This document shows, in pieces, positions 10,985-21,594 of a stretch of DNA of 64,000 bases; the stretch's first letter is position 1; each line of letters starts with the position of its first letter. A program made the translations under genes and the position numbers. This DNA comes from Candidatus Thorarchaeota archaeon (GTDB lineage Archaea > Asgardarchaeota > Thorarchaeia > Thorarchaeales > Thorarchaeaceae). The notes below the pieces were generated by a model. That model saw only the letters and a list, made by a program, of their open reading frames with translations, was not told the DNA's origin and searched no databases. Location: assembly GCA_963726195.1 (NCBI GenBank), contig CAVSBO010000003.1:32001-96000 (forward strand), written 5' to 3'.

Positions 10985-12172
10985 CTAGCTTGTTTGCTGA
11001 TTCGTTGACTTCACGAAGAGTTCTGCCGTCATCCTGAACAAGTAGTCAACACCTTGACCGCTCATGCACGATGTTTCTACAAAAGCCACAGGGTACAGCT
11101 TCTCCCCTGAACCTAGTTTCGCCGCAATGTCACTTGCGAGCTTCAGTCCCTCTTCTTGTGACACGGGTGTTTCTCTGTCGACAAGGGGCGCGCTTGCTCG
11201 AAGGTCGGTCTTGTTCCCGACAATGACAAGTGGTGTGCGTGGTCGCGCGGCCGTTGTGCTTTCCTTAAGCCAGAAATCGATGCTCTCGAAGGACCAGCGG
11301 TCAGAAGTACTGTACACGATGATGATCACATCGGTTCCCTGATAGAAGGCCTTTCTCGTTACTCTAGATACAGAAGCAGCATCAAATGACCAGACCTGCA
11401 ACCTTACCATGTACTCATCGAGTTCAACTACCTTCTCTGATACATACGGCCTCTTTTCTGCCTCGGCACCCGGTTCCAGCGGTTTCAGTGCTCCCTTCTG
11501 GATCAGACATGACTTACCAACGCCCTCTTCACCCAGGATCAGGGCTTTCGCGATTACTTCTGTCTTTGGTAGTCCGGTCGATAGAGAAGCTCTTTCACCT
11601 GAAACGCCCGAGACCTCAGGCGAGGCTCCCTCTGGTATGGCTGTTCGAAATCGAGGGGCACCAACTATCTCTTCGGTCCCTTCAACATCAATCTTGATTC
11701 TGCTTTTCTCAGGAACCGAACCAGAGAAGCTCTTGGGTCTAGACGCGAGAAACGAGTCACTCAGCGATTCCACGACGCTCAGTGCCTCTTCGACATCACG
11801 ATACTCAATCCCTGAAATCTCGCCTTTCGGCTCAGCTTTGACCGCGTCGGGAGCGACGGCCTCTGACAGATTCTTGGCCTTGCCCGGCGGGGGTTTCTTC
11901 TTCGCCTTCTTTTTGGCTGCATTCGCGGTTGATGCCCTTCTAGCGGCGAGAGCTTCTGATTTCTCTGTTGGTTCCAAGTCTGAGACTATCCTCTTCACCT
12001 GGGGCACACCTAGTTTCTGAAGAGTCTCTTTGGCGACGCTCGGAGCTAGCTTCTTGCCCGCCTGCCGGAAGTAGCCCTCGAGGTCTGAGCAGACGTCATC
12101 AAATGACCTGTTCCTTGTTGGAATCTTCCGCTTTAGGACGCCCTTATCGCGGACCTCAACGTAACTGGGCAA
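10985..12172 (-). CDS. Ras/Rab-like GTPase with a long N-terminal extension and a degenerate G3 motif
   Basis: G1 GEEGVGKS, G4 GNKTD, G5 ETSC, WSFESIDFW. The G3 position reads VWSFDAA. Confidence 0.85.
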   Translation of the reverse strand: MPSYVEVRDKGVLKRKIPTRNRSFDDVCSDLEGYFRQAGKKLAPSVAKETLQKLGVPQVKRIVSDLEPTEKSEALAARRASTANAAKKKAKKKPPPGKAKNLSEAVAPDAVKAEPKGEISGIEYRDVEEALSVVESLSDSFLASRPKSFSGSVPEKSRIKIDVEGTEEIVGAPRFRTAIPEGASPEVSGVSGERASLSTGLPKTEVIAKALILGEEGVGKSCLIQKGALKPLEPGAEAEKRPYVSEKVVELDEYMVRLQVWSFDAASVSRVTRKAFYQGTDVIIIVYSTSDRWSFESIDFWLKESTTAARPRTPLVIVGNKTDLRASAPLVDRETPVSQEEGLKLASDIAAKLGSGEKLYPVAFVETSCMSGQGVDYLFRMTAELFVKSTNQQTS

Positions 12173-12366
12173 GAGAGTTACACCGACGGTGGTTCCGGGT
12201 ATTATCAGGTTTGGCGCCTCTGAATGAACTGTGTTTGTCCATAGCTTGCTGATGCTGTTTGATAACCGTTTCGCTGAGCTGTTGAGGCAGGTACCGAACG
12301 TTTTTGTACCCGTAGGGTATCTCAGGACGCGGCTCAGTTTCGAACATAGAGCGCGAGGTTGGTAAT

Positions 12367-12927
12367 TTGGCGGAGATTGATTTCAGAGACTATGTCGAAG
12401 TAATCAAGGACTGGCCATCACCGGGCAGGGCCGTTTGCGACATAAGCAGGCTGCTCGAGAATCCGAGGGTCTTCCATGAAGCTGTCATGGCCTTGGCCAG
12501 GCCGATTGTCGAGCTCAAGCCCAACAAGATTATCGGTATTGAGCAAAGAGGATTGGCTTTGGGTAGCGCTATCGCTTACTACCTCGGGTGCGGGATTGTT
12601 CCTGCTCGTTCGATTGCTTACTTGCCTGATGACTATAGTAGGCCCGTGGAATTCCTGCCATCAGACAGATTCGCAGACAGAAGGCTCGCGCTCGTCTCGG
12701 ACTCGATTTCACCGGGCGACAGGGTTGCCATCGTGGACGACTGGCTCATTCAGGGAACGACCGTTCTTGCTGTGGCAAGGATCGTTCAGAAACTCGGCGC
12801 CAGTGTGGTAGGTGTCGCCTGTGTGATAAACAACATGTCGGAAGCACGTCGCAAGATGCTGGGGCGGCCTGAGATTCACTGTCTCATACGTAACTTGCGA
12901 ACTGACATCTTGCATCCCGATAACTAG
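12367..12927 (+). CDS. apt: Adenine phosphoribosyltransferase-family protein
   Basis: DWPSPG...DIS, IGIEQRGL, and the PRPP loop RVAIVDDWLIQGTT. Confidence 0.8.
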   Translation: MAEIDFRDYVEVIKDWPSPGRAVCDISRLLENPRVFHEAVMALARPIVELKPNKIIGIEQRGLALGSAIAYYLGCGIVPARSIAYLPDDYSRPVEFLPSDRFADRRLALVSDSISPGDRVAIVDDWLIQGTTVLAVARIVQKLGASVVGVACVINNMSEARRKMLGRPEIHCLIRNLRTDILHPDN

Positions 12928-12995
12928 TGAGCGACACTCTTGAAGTCATGAGTACCACCATCTCGGCTGAAATCCTGCACACTCGCCATCGAATG

Positions 12996-13043
12996 AAAAA
13001 AAAGTGAGGAAGCGCTGGGGTTGGATTTGTCACCCACAGCGCT
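12996..13043 (-). terminator. Hairpin plus T8 tract downstream of the acyl-CoA ligase gene
   Basis: Inverted repeat AGCGCTG...CAGCGCT (13011-13043), followed on the minus strand by T8 (A-run 12996-13003), between convergent genes. Confidence 0.6.
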
Positions 13044-13051
13044 ACTGCAAA

Positions 13052-14895
13052 CTAACTCTGAGTCTTCTCTCTCAGCTCTCTGCGGAGAACCTTTCCGACC
13101 ATTGTCTTCGGCAAGTCAGTAACGAACTCGACTGATGTTGGAACCTTGTAGACGGCCATCTTCTCTTTGCAGAACTTGCGAATCTCTTCCTCAGTTGCGG
13201 TCTTGCCCGGCTGAAGAATGATGAACGCCTTCACGGTCTCCCCACGCACCTTGTCAGGCACGCCAATGACTGCGGCTTCCTTGACTGCCGGATGCTCGAA
13301 CAGAATCTCTTCCACATCTCTTGGCCAGACCTTGTATCCTGCGGCATTGATCAAGTCCTTCTTGCGGTCGACTATGAAAGTCCACCCATCTTTGTCCATC
13401 TTGGCAATGTCGCCGGTGAGTAGCCAGCCATCCTTAGAAAGTACAGCGGCTGTTTCGTCAGGTCGGTTGTGATAGCCCATCATAACTTGTGGTCCCTTGA
13501 CGGCAAGTTCACCAATCTCATCAGGCCCCAAGACCTTTGAAGAGTTCTCAAGGTCTACTATCCTGCTGTAGGTACTCGGGAATGGGAGCCCTATCGAACC
13601 GATTTTTCGGAGGCCTTTGTCCAAGGGGTTTGCGTGAGTGACTGGAGACGCCTCAGTCAAACCGTATCCTTCGATGATGATTGCGTTCGTCGCTTCCTCA
13701 AACCTCTTGGTGACTTCAGCTGGCAATGCCATAGCGCCTGCGATTGCCATCTTCAGAGAGGTAAGCTTGTACTTCTTCACATCGGGGTGGCTATAGATGG
13801 AAATCGCCATTGTAGACACTATTGGGAACATTGTCGGTTTGAGGTTGTTAATCTCCTCCAACAGATGCTTGACGTCACGCGGATTAGGAATCAGGATTAT
13901 GCCGCTTGCCCATGATATGGCCAAGTTCATTGACACGGTCTGTCCGAATATGTGCTGCATTGGAAGCGCTGCCACAAAGACCTCTTTACCTTTGGTGGCA
14001 ATCCAGTCCATCCAAGCGCCACACTGAGCGCAGTTCGCCTTCAAGTTGTTGTGTGTTAGCATTGCGGCCTTGGGAGTTCCGGTGGTTCCGCCTGTGAACT
14101 GATAGACAGCGAGGTCCTTCGCCGGATCGATGGTGACCTTCGGGGCTTCGGGCTTAGCTGCCGCAAGAAAATCGAGCCAATTGCGGTCACCCTTGCGAAG
14201 GGGAGGAACATCCTTCATCTCATTCTTGTAAACGGTCTTTGGGGCAAGAGCTTTTTCGCTGAGCCGAGAGGATCCCAGCCGGCCGTGACTATGACGTTTT
14301 CGAGGTCGGATTCTTTGCGAACTTCCTCGACAAGGCGGTAGAAGAAGTTGAGAACCACAATCGTCTTTGCTTTCGTGTCCTGCAAGTATGTCCTAAGCTC
14401 TTTTGCTACGCTCAATGGGTTGATTGGTGCAACGATGGCGCCGCACTTCAGTGCTGCGAAGTATGATATTACGAACTGAGGACAGTTTGGAAGCATTATC
14501 GCGACCGTATCACCCTTCTTGACACCAAGTGATGCGAATCCATTCGCCGCCTTGTCTATGAATGTGCCAAGTTCCTTGTAGGTGACCTTGATGCCTTCGT
14601 AGTATAGGGCGACGTTGTTTGGAAACTCCGCAATAGCCTTGTCAAGCTGGGCGTACAATGGTCCATCTGGAATCTTGATGTCCGGCGGAGTCTTGCCGAC
14701 ATAGCTCTTCAGCCAAGGTCTTTCCTCTCTTGGGGGTGCGGCCATGGGCTTCGGAGCAGTGGGAGCTGGAGCTGCAGCTGGCTTTGGAGCTGGAGCTGGT
14801 TTCGGGGCAGGAGCTGGAGCTGCTGGAGCTGGTTTCGGTGGGGCAGCAGCAGGCTTCTTCTCCTCCTTCTTGGGTTTCGCTTCTTTTTTAGCCAT
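13052..14895 (-). CDS. fadD: Long-chain-fatty-acid--CoA ligase (AMP-binding family; frameshift at ~14253)
   Basis: RPWLKSY, LPNCPQFVISY, QFTGGTTGTPKA, EGYGLTE, TGDIA, DRKKDLI, GKVLRRELR. The two ORFs join as K-ALAPKTVYKNEMKDVP. Confidence 0.9.
14745..14856 (-). repeat. Low-complexity coding repeat (Pro/Ala/Lys-rich N-terminus of the acyl-CoA ligase)
   Basis: Repeated GGAGCT units on the plus strand, encoding PAAAPPKPAPAAPAPAPKPAPAPKPAAAPAP. Confidence 0.75.
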
Positions 14896-15005
14896 GATCT
14901 CTCTCCTCTGTTATAACAAAGGCAAGTATGTGGGATGGACTGTCATGCTAGATTTATCCCTTTGGGAGCCTCGTCTGCGACCATATAGCATGGTGCCATA
15001 GCATC

Positions 15006-16262
15006 TCAAGCAGTGCACGTACGGCTAGATGAACTACAGGTCCGGACTGCTGTCTCTTGACATGCTAGTGAACAGCCTCCCTGAGAACAGACCAAAAACG
15101 CTCTTGCCGCAATGCTTGCGGCCCTGTTCGCCTTCGTTGATCCAGATGACATCAGACTTGCTACCATGTCTTGCAGCTTGGTATCGCGATGACCTATTTC
15201 AAACAAAATGTCTGCAAGCGAACTAGTGAAGAGCTTCTGAGCGACCAGTTGTCGCTTCATGTCACGTCCAAAGCTATGCCTCCACGCTCTCTCATAAGTG
15301 ATAAAGGATTCTGCTTGGAGGTCGTCTTGCTCCAGTGCGCTCGCCAATGCAATAGCGGCGAACTTGCCTGCACGCATTGCGTAAGCTATCCCTCCACCCG
15401 TCAGGGGACTCACCATGCCTGCGGAGTCGCCCACCAAAAGGCACCGGTCTGAAATTGTGCATGGTATTGACCCTGCCGTGGGAACCAAAGCTCCTCTTGC
15501 ATGAGATGGATCTGCGCTGGGAACGAGGAGACCTTTCTTTTTTAGCATTCTAACGAACAGGGCAAACCGGGCTACGAGGTTTCCTCCAGTATTAGTGACG
15601 AAGCCCAGTCCAACATTCACGGTCTGCGTTTTCGGAAAGATCCAACCATACCCGGGACGCTGTCCGAAGTTAGCAAAGAAGTGGTATTCTTTGTCTTCGC
15701 CATAGTAGTCCGAAATCTGCGACTCCTTTGCAGGGACCTCCATGACTTTGCATGCTGTGAGCGCTCTTGGAGGCCACCGTATGTTGAGACCTGTGTCACG
15801 TGCGACGGTGCTGCTAACTCCGTCCGCACCGATGATAGCCCTTGCATCGACTACCTTTCCGTCAGAAAGCTGGACTGCTGCTTTTTCATCGCCGATTTGA
15901 ACCGACTTCACCCTGACAGGAGTGAGATAGTCTGCGCCTTGTACGAGGGCATCGTGAAACAGAGTATTGTCAAACTGCTCTCTTAATGTCATAATCATCT
16001 CTGCGTGGCCTTTGAGAGTGACGAGCCCGTTTCCTGAATGAAGCACGCCGGTTCTTGAGATACTCTTAGGAAAGCTATTGTCTCTGCTCTTTAGGTAGCC
16101 AAACTCCTCAAGTAGCTGAGGAGAGAAACCCCCTCCACAAGGCTTGTCCCTTGGGAACTTGCACTTGTCAATAAGACATACACTCAATCCCAGCTTGGCC
16201 AAGTACCTTGCAGCCGTTGATCCTGCAGGTCCAGCGCCGACTATCGCAACATCGTACATCAT
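15006..16262 (-). CDS. Geranylgeranyl reductase-family FAD oxidoreductase
   Basis: [49 protein letters not shown]. The last ~25 codons may be out of frame (alternative stop at ~15065). Confidence 0.9.
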   Translation of the reverse strand: MMYDVAIVGAGPAGSTAARYLAKLGLSVCLIDKCKFPRDKPCGGGFSPQLLEEFGYLKSRDNSFPKSISRTGVLHSGNGLVTLKGHAEMIMTLREQFDNTLFHDALVQGADYLTPVRVKSVQIGDEKAAVQLSDGKVVDARAIIGADGVSSTVARDTGLNIRWPPRALTACKVMEVPAKESQISDYYGEDKEYHFFANFGQRPGYGWIFPKTQTVNVGLGFVTNTGGNLVARFALFVRMLKKKGLLVPSADPSHARGALVPTAGSIPCTISDRCLLVGDSAGMVSPLTGGGIAYAMRAGKFAAIALASALEQDDLQAESFITYERAWRHSFGRDMKRQLVAQKLFTSSLADILFEIGHRDTKLQDMVASLMSSGSTKANRAASIAARAFLVCSQGGCSLACQETAVRTCSSSSRTCTA

Positions 16263-16414
16263 TGGTCAACTTGTGCGAGGCAAGATCCCGTCTATTCTCT
16301 TTGCTGGTTGCGGAGGATCGAGTACGTCTTCATCCCTGCATAACCACTCCATGAATATGGCTCGGATTGCGGCTGCGAAAACGACGAGCAACAGCCAGAT
16401 GTGTCCTCTGGTTC

Positions 16415-16687
16415 CTATATTCTGGCGCCGCAGTTCTTGCAGTTCGTTGTTCCCTGTTCGTTCTTAGTGCCGCAGAATGGACAGACCACCAGTACCTTCT
16501 CAATCACCGTTTGGGTCTGAATCACTCTTGTCGGTTGGGTTTCAGAGGGTCTCTCCACATAGTGGATCTCTTTCACCACTTTCTGTCTTCGTCGACAGCA
16601 ACAACTACAGCAACAAGCAATAAGCAAAAGAATGACCAAGAATGAAAAGAGACCGTACAAAGCGAGAAATTGTGTAATCTGCAGCAA
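16415..16687 (-). CDS. Single-TM protein with a juxtamembrane cysteine string and a C-terminal zinc ribbon
   Basis: TM helix, then ACCCSCCCRRRQK, then CPFCG...CKNCG. Confidence 0.75.
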   Translation of the reverse strand: MLQITQFLALYGLFSFLVILLLIACCCSCCCRRRQKVVKEIHYVERPSETQPTRVIQTQTVIEKVLVVCPFCGTKNEQGTTNCKNCGARI

Positions 16688-16862
16688 CTGAATCCGCCTA
16701 ATCTAGAATCCGCAGAACTGGCATTTATCTTATACTTGTACGAAGAGTAATGCGTCTCCGGTTACGTTGACCATATTCAATGCATAGGAACATGACAAGT
16801 CGCGGCAATGTAACAACGCGGGAACATACCCCCCTGTCAATTGCCACTCAAAGCGGGGTGAA

Positions 16863-17780
16863 CTAGATTCTTGGTGGCTTGAGATAGACCTCGAAAACGC
16901 CTGTCCAGAGGTCGCTGCTTTCTTCGGCCTTGATTAGCATGTCTCCATCAAAATTGACACCCACGGGCTTGGCGCTGCTCTTCTTCCAGATATCTGAGAA
17001 GATGATTGAATGAACCTGCGTCTGAAAATCCTCTGTCACCCGAGATATTATTCTCTCGATGTATGCACTGTCAATTCCCTGAGCTGAAAGATCGCCAGTC
17101 TGTTTGAATATCCGTTCCTTTGTTATCGCCCCTTCCTTCTTGTCGAAGGCGTAGCCCAATCCGCCTACCAAGTAGAAGACACCGTGCGGTACACTAGGTT
17201 CGTTGCCGATTACAATTATGTCATTGTTCGTGAGCACGACAAACTGTGGACTTGCGACATTGAAGGGTATGGACGCAGCTTCGACCGAAACCTCATCCAT
17301 GCCAAGGTCGATTGAAAGGAAGTGATCGAGTGTCTTCACCTTTGTGTCAAAGGCGAACGGCTCGAAGTCGCCGGCGAGTATGACGTTCCTAGCTTTCCTT
17401 ATGAGGAGGTCAATGATGCCCTGGCACTTCTTCAGGAACTCAACCCGTTCTTCCTTCTTGTGAAGTATGCGTCGGGCAGATATTACCAGCTTAAGATACT
17501 CAAGCGACCTAAAGCCAGATAGGAGTGTCTTGCTGAAGTAGGTGTTTCTATCGGACTCCAGGAAGCCCTCATTGCGAGCCAACTCGCGCGGAAGGGGTTC
17601 TCCTATATAGACCTGCGCAGGTCGATCTGCTTCCTGGGTCTTGAAGAAGATACCAATATCCAAGCCCACCCGAGGAATCTCAGTAAGCTGTCTGACAAAG
17701 GCTCCGTCAGGTACAATCTCTCGTGAACGCGCTTTTTGGTAGATTTGTGTGTATTTGCTGAAGATATCGGTCCGCGACAT
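16863..17780 (-). CDS. Hypothetical soluble protein
   Basis: 305-aa ORF with normal globular composition; no motif recognised. Confidence 0.7.
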   Translation of the reverse strand: MSRTDIFSKYTQIYQKARSREIVPDGAFVRQLTEIPRVGLDIGIFFKTQEADRPAQVYIGEPLPRELARNEGFLESDRNTYFSKTLLSGFRSLEYLKLVISARRILHKKEERVEFLKKCQGIIDLLIRKARNVILAGDFEPFAFDTKVKTLDHFLSIDLGMDEVSVEAASIPFNVASPQFVVLTNNDIIVIGNEPSVPHGVFYLVGGLGYAFDKKEGAITKERIFKQTGDLSAQGIDSAYIERIISRVTEDFQTQVHSIIFSDIWKKSSAKPVGVNFDGDMLIKAEESSDLWTGVFEVYLKPPRI

Positions 17781-17947
17781 TGAGCTCCCTTTGCAGAAGA
17801 TTGGACCATCCTCTATTATCTTTGTCGTGTCTCATCAGCGGAAAGCCAGCAGGCACGATGTATAAATACACGGCACAACAACTCCCAATGAACTGACTGT
17901 CTACTGCTTTGACCGCCTCCGGAGGCGCTTCAAGCAGGTCTAGGTGC

Positions 17948-18250
17948 ATGGGAATGAGTAGAAGAGTCAAAAGTGGCAGCTTGCTGGTCACAGGTGTTAT
18001 CATGTTTGCGTTCTCTTTCATAGCGATGTTGCCTATTGATGGACTGTATGTTGTTTCGTTGGCAGTAATGTTTTGTGGAATAGTGCTAGCAGGAATCGGA
18101 GGCGCAATGGCAAAGGGGTATGAGGGTTCCCTCGATGCACCGGCGGGTGAATGCTACTTCTGCAAGGGCACCGGAAAAGTGCCTGGCGTAAAGGAGCCTG
18201 AGACGTGCCCGCGTTGCGGTGGAACGGGCAGGGCAAGACCTGACGAGTAG
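17948..18250 (+). CDS. Two-TM protein with a DnaJ-type CxxCxGxG zinc finger
   Basis: Two TM helices, then CYFCKGTG...CPRCGGTG. Start is uncertain. Confidence 0.75.
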   Translation: MGMSRRVKSGSLLVTGVIMFAFSFIAMLPIDGLYVVSLAVMFCGIVLAGIGGAMAKGYEGSLDAPAGECYFCKGTGKVPGVKEPETCPRCGGTGRARPDE

Positions 18251-18260
18251 AGGGGTATGG

Positions 18261-19004
18261 ATGCCGAGGTCAGCGCATGTTCATCCGGGAAAGCGAGACT
18301 TGCACAGAGCGATTGTCATAGGCCATCGAGGTGCTTGGGCTTATGCCCCGGAGAACACCATGCTTTCATTCGAGACTGCATGGAAACTGAAGGCCGACAT
18401 GGTTGAGTTGGATGTTCGTGCAACTTCGGATGGCCAACTCGTATGTATTCATGATTCTGATGTTTCAAGAATCACGGGGACAAGCGGGCTTATTGCAGAA
18501 ATGACGCTCAAAGAAGTCAGGCGCCTTGACGCAGGGAGAGGACAGAAGATTCCTCTTCTTGGAGAAGTGCTGGACTATGCCCGAGGCAGACTGGCGGTTG
18601 ACATCGAGCTCAAAGTTACAGGCATAGAGGAGAGTTTGCTTGGCCTTGTGAGAGAACGAGAGATGATTGGCTCGGTCATCTTCTCATCGTTCTTGCATTC
18701 AACTCTAGAGCACCTAAGAGATCTTGACAAGGAAGCCAAGACTGCAGTTCTATACAGTGAACCGATGGACGACCCTGTGCAGTATGCACTAAATCTCGAG
18801 TCGAATGCTATCAATCCATTGTTCTACATTCTGGAGCCCGAACACGTAAGGCTTGCTCATGAATCAGGGTTGAAAACCTATCCTTGGACCGTCAACGATG
18901 CTGAAATGATGACACAGCTGCTCTCGATGAATGTGGATGGGCTGGTCACGGACTGTCCGGACATAGCAGTGCAGGTATTCGACTCATACTTCGGACCGCA
19001 CTAG
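18261..19004 (+). CDS. Glycerophosphodiester phosphodiesterase (GDPD family)
   Basis: IGHRGA..APENT, ELDV..TSDG..VCIHD, DIELK, PWTVND, DGLVTD. Confidence 0.92.
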   Translation: MPRSAHVHPGKRDLHRAIVIGHRGAWAYAPENTMLSFETAWKLKADMVELDVRATSDGQLVCIHDSDVSRITGTSGLIAEMTLKEVRRLDAGRGQKIPLLGEVLDYARGRLAVDIELKVTGIEESLLGLVREREMIGSVIFSSFLHSTLEHLRDLDKEAKTAVLYSEPMDDPVQYALNLESNAINPLFYILEPEHVRLAHESGLKTYPWTVNDAEMMTQLLSMNVDGLVTDCPDIAVQVFDSYFGPH

Positions 19005-19082
19005 CTGCCTTCCAAATGCATTTGCGGCACTTATCCCCAATTCGAGGGCCTGATGCTTTGCCTCTTACTACAGAACCCGTAT

Positions 19083-21027
19083 TCATCGGGATATTTTCAG
19101 CTTGAGGCCTTGTGTTATCATCTTCAGCCTGATTCCGGCTGAGAGCCATGTAATCACGCAGGTTATCTCAATGCTCACTATTAGCATTACAAGCAGCGTA
19201 ATGCCAACTGAGATGTCGCTAGCCGTTGGGAACCTTGAGAATATCGAAAACAAGAACAGAGCGACTAGTATCCCGGCCACAAGGCCTGCGGCAGCCGCAA
19301 TTCTCACGAACTGCCCCTCGAGTTGATATCCTGCTTTGAGAATGTCATTGCCTAAGTTCAGGTTGAGGGAGATGACGAGGACAAAGCTGATGGCGTATAG
19401 GCCAAAGATAAGTGCTGCAGATGTGAGAGCTTGGTGGGTCACGCCCGGATTACCCGATATCGTTATCGCCATCAGTGCGAATATTAGGCTCATACCTCCA
19501 ATGATTCCTGAGCCGCCATAGCCGCGGCCAAAGGCAAAGCCGCCAATCGCCACATTGCGGACCAGCAGGCAGCCCAATACTGTGCCCATTATCGTAGCTC
19601 CCTGCACATTCGGTGGAACGCCTGCTACGAATGCCACGTTGAACCATCTGTTGGCGGGCCAAAGGGCAGGAGGGCCACTCCCAAATCCACCCAACATGAA
19701 GATTACAAACAGTATTGACGAGGCTATGGTCACTATCACAGTTAGGAACTGCTGCGAGAAATGCGTGAATTTCCGGAACCAAGTCTCAATCATGAGTATT
19801 GCTTGAGTAAGAATCACTAGTACCCAAGCGAAAATGACAACCCCTGATAGCACATAGGGCCCCAAGAGCATATAGATCGAGGCCAACACCAACGGCAGAC
19901 CTGTCACAACATCAGTCGACCGAGTGTAAGCATAGCCCATGAGAAACATTATGGCGGCGGGACATAGTGTCAGAAAGACACTCCACCTAGGAACGAGATA
20001 TGACAACCCACCCCCTGAAGCCGCCAAGCCAGTGGAGCACTGGCCAGCACCAAAGATGCCGACGATTGCCATGAAAATCATCAAGTACTTCCAGGCGCCC
20101 TTCACAATATCCTCTGATATCTGCGACTCGCGGAGTCTCTTTAGCGCCCAGTCTTGGTCCCAACAACGACCAGAACAACATGGATGACAGAATAGATCCG
20201 ACAAGATAGGGCGCCGTTGTAAAGACGACGTGCGGCCCGACGGTAGTGCCGCTAGACCAAGGCAGCCACACGGGCGTGCCATCAACGACCTGAAGGGCAC
20301 TACCCAGAGCCGCAGCGCCTCCCAGAAGGAATGTGACAAACCCAGAGAGTCCAAAACCGAACTTAGCGGTATCCGTGCTTCTGGCGTATTCCCTAATCTG
20401 AGATCTCGGACCCCACCAGAACTGGAACATCGCCAGCTGACCTCCCAGCAATAGCAAGTATCCAAGGGCTGGGCTGACAGCGAGCATGGGAAGGAAGAAT
20501 CCATTCATCAAACCTGCAAGCATACCCCAGTATGACTTGCTTGAGTCAATGTATACAACTGAGTTAAATTGCCATACAATGATGAAGACTGAGCCACTTA
20601 CGGCAAGTGAGCCCATGTACGCTTCAACTGGGCTAGACTCCGTTGGCAATACGCCAGTGCCACTCAAAATCGCAAGAGCGACGCTGAGGGTAACTACCGC
20701 TGTGAAAATCATCCGCAATGGTGTATTTGATTCAGTGAGCGACCCGATCACTTTGGCTCCTCTGTATTGCAATAGTAGCCCGACGGCAAGAAGAATGACG
20801 AACGCTCCTGACACACCGATGCCAGCCTGGTTCTGAGTGAGTTGAAGCCCGAATGCTGGAATCTCAAGTGCCAACCCCGCTGGAACCATACCGACTGCCG
20901 CTAATGACACGAGACCAAGTACGGATGCTGCGACACCCAGAAGACTGCCAAAGCCTGCTAGCCTGTCAAGAGGTAGGTTCGTTTCCGATTCCGAGCCGAC
21001 TATTTCAGAAGTAACAGACTCTGCCAT
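19083..21027 (-). CDS. Large multi-pass membrane protein (~650 aa; frameshift at ~20136)
   Basis: Many TM helices. ORFs 19987..21027 and 19083..20504 join as GPRLGAKE-LRESQISEDIVKG. Confidence 0.7.
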
Positions 21028-21199
21028 CTATCAGTCCTCAGGTCGATGGTCCATGCAACGCGACAACGACCGCTTCTGGTGGTATAAATGCATATCGGAC
21101 CAAGCGAGCGAATGATTTGGTCAAATCGATGGAATAGCTGGTCCCACAATTCAAAGCATAAAAGAAGGAGTCTACTAGAAAGAGTCGGTGGTTAACGAA

Positions 21200-21346
21200 G
21201 TGACTGCAGTTGAGCTCTATGTGAAAGGGAAGAGAATAGCTATGAACGAGTTTGCAAGCAAGATTGTTGCCGATGTCTTCATGGCTGTTCTTTCGAACTT
21301 GAAGGACGTAAGTGTAGAAGGGATTACAAGAATAGAAGTTAGGTAA
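21200..21346 (+). CDS. 48-aa protein resembling the stand-alone C-terminal domain of archaeal MobB (not in the ORF track)
   Basis: Hand-translated GTG..TAA: MTAVELYVKGKRIAMNEFASKIVADVFMAVLSNLKDVSVEGITRIEVR. Confidence 0.6.
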   Translation: MTAVELYVKGKRIAMNEFASKIVADVFMAVLSNLKDVSVEGITRIEVR

Positions 21347-21419
21347 TCCACCTTCAAGCCGGAGGCGCAGATGACTTGCCTAGGGCAACGAAAGAGGATT
21401 GACGCCGCACCAAGTTAAT

Positions 21420-21575
21420 ATGCGGACAAGGACAGCTCAGCACGACAGGAAAGTGAAAGACACTTACCAACGTAAGACCACGGACAGCCTTCTTTTCCTA
21501 GTGTTGCTCATCTCTCTAGTTATTCTGCTCTGGGCTTTGGCACTAATCTTCGTGCCATACTGGCTTTCGCCATGA
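21420..21575 (+). CDS. Possible ~40-51-aa single-TM microprotein (not in the ORF track)
   Basis: Hand-translated ...RKTTDSLLFLVLLISLVILLWALALIFVPYWLSP*; fills an otherwise empty gap. Confidence 0.45.
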   Translation: MRTRTAQHDRKVKDTYQRKTTDSLLFLVLLISLVILLWALALIFVPYWLSP

Positions 21576-21594
21576 GACACTCGTAGGCACATTG

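Noticed and set aside
14745-14856. GGAGCT repeats as a CRISPR array or non-coding tandem repeat
   Set aside because: They are in-frame codon repeats of a Pro/Ala-rich peptide, with no spacer structure and no cas genes.
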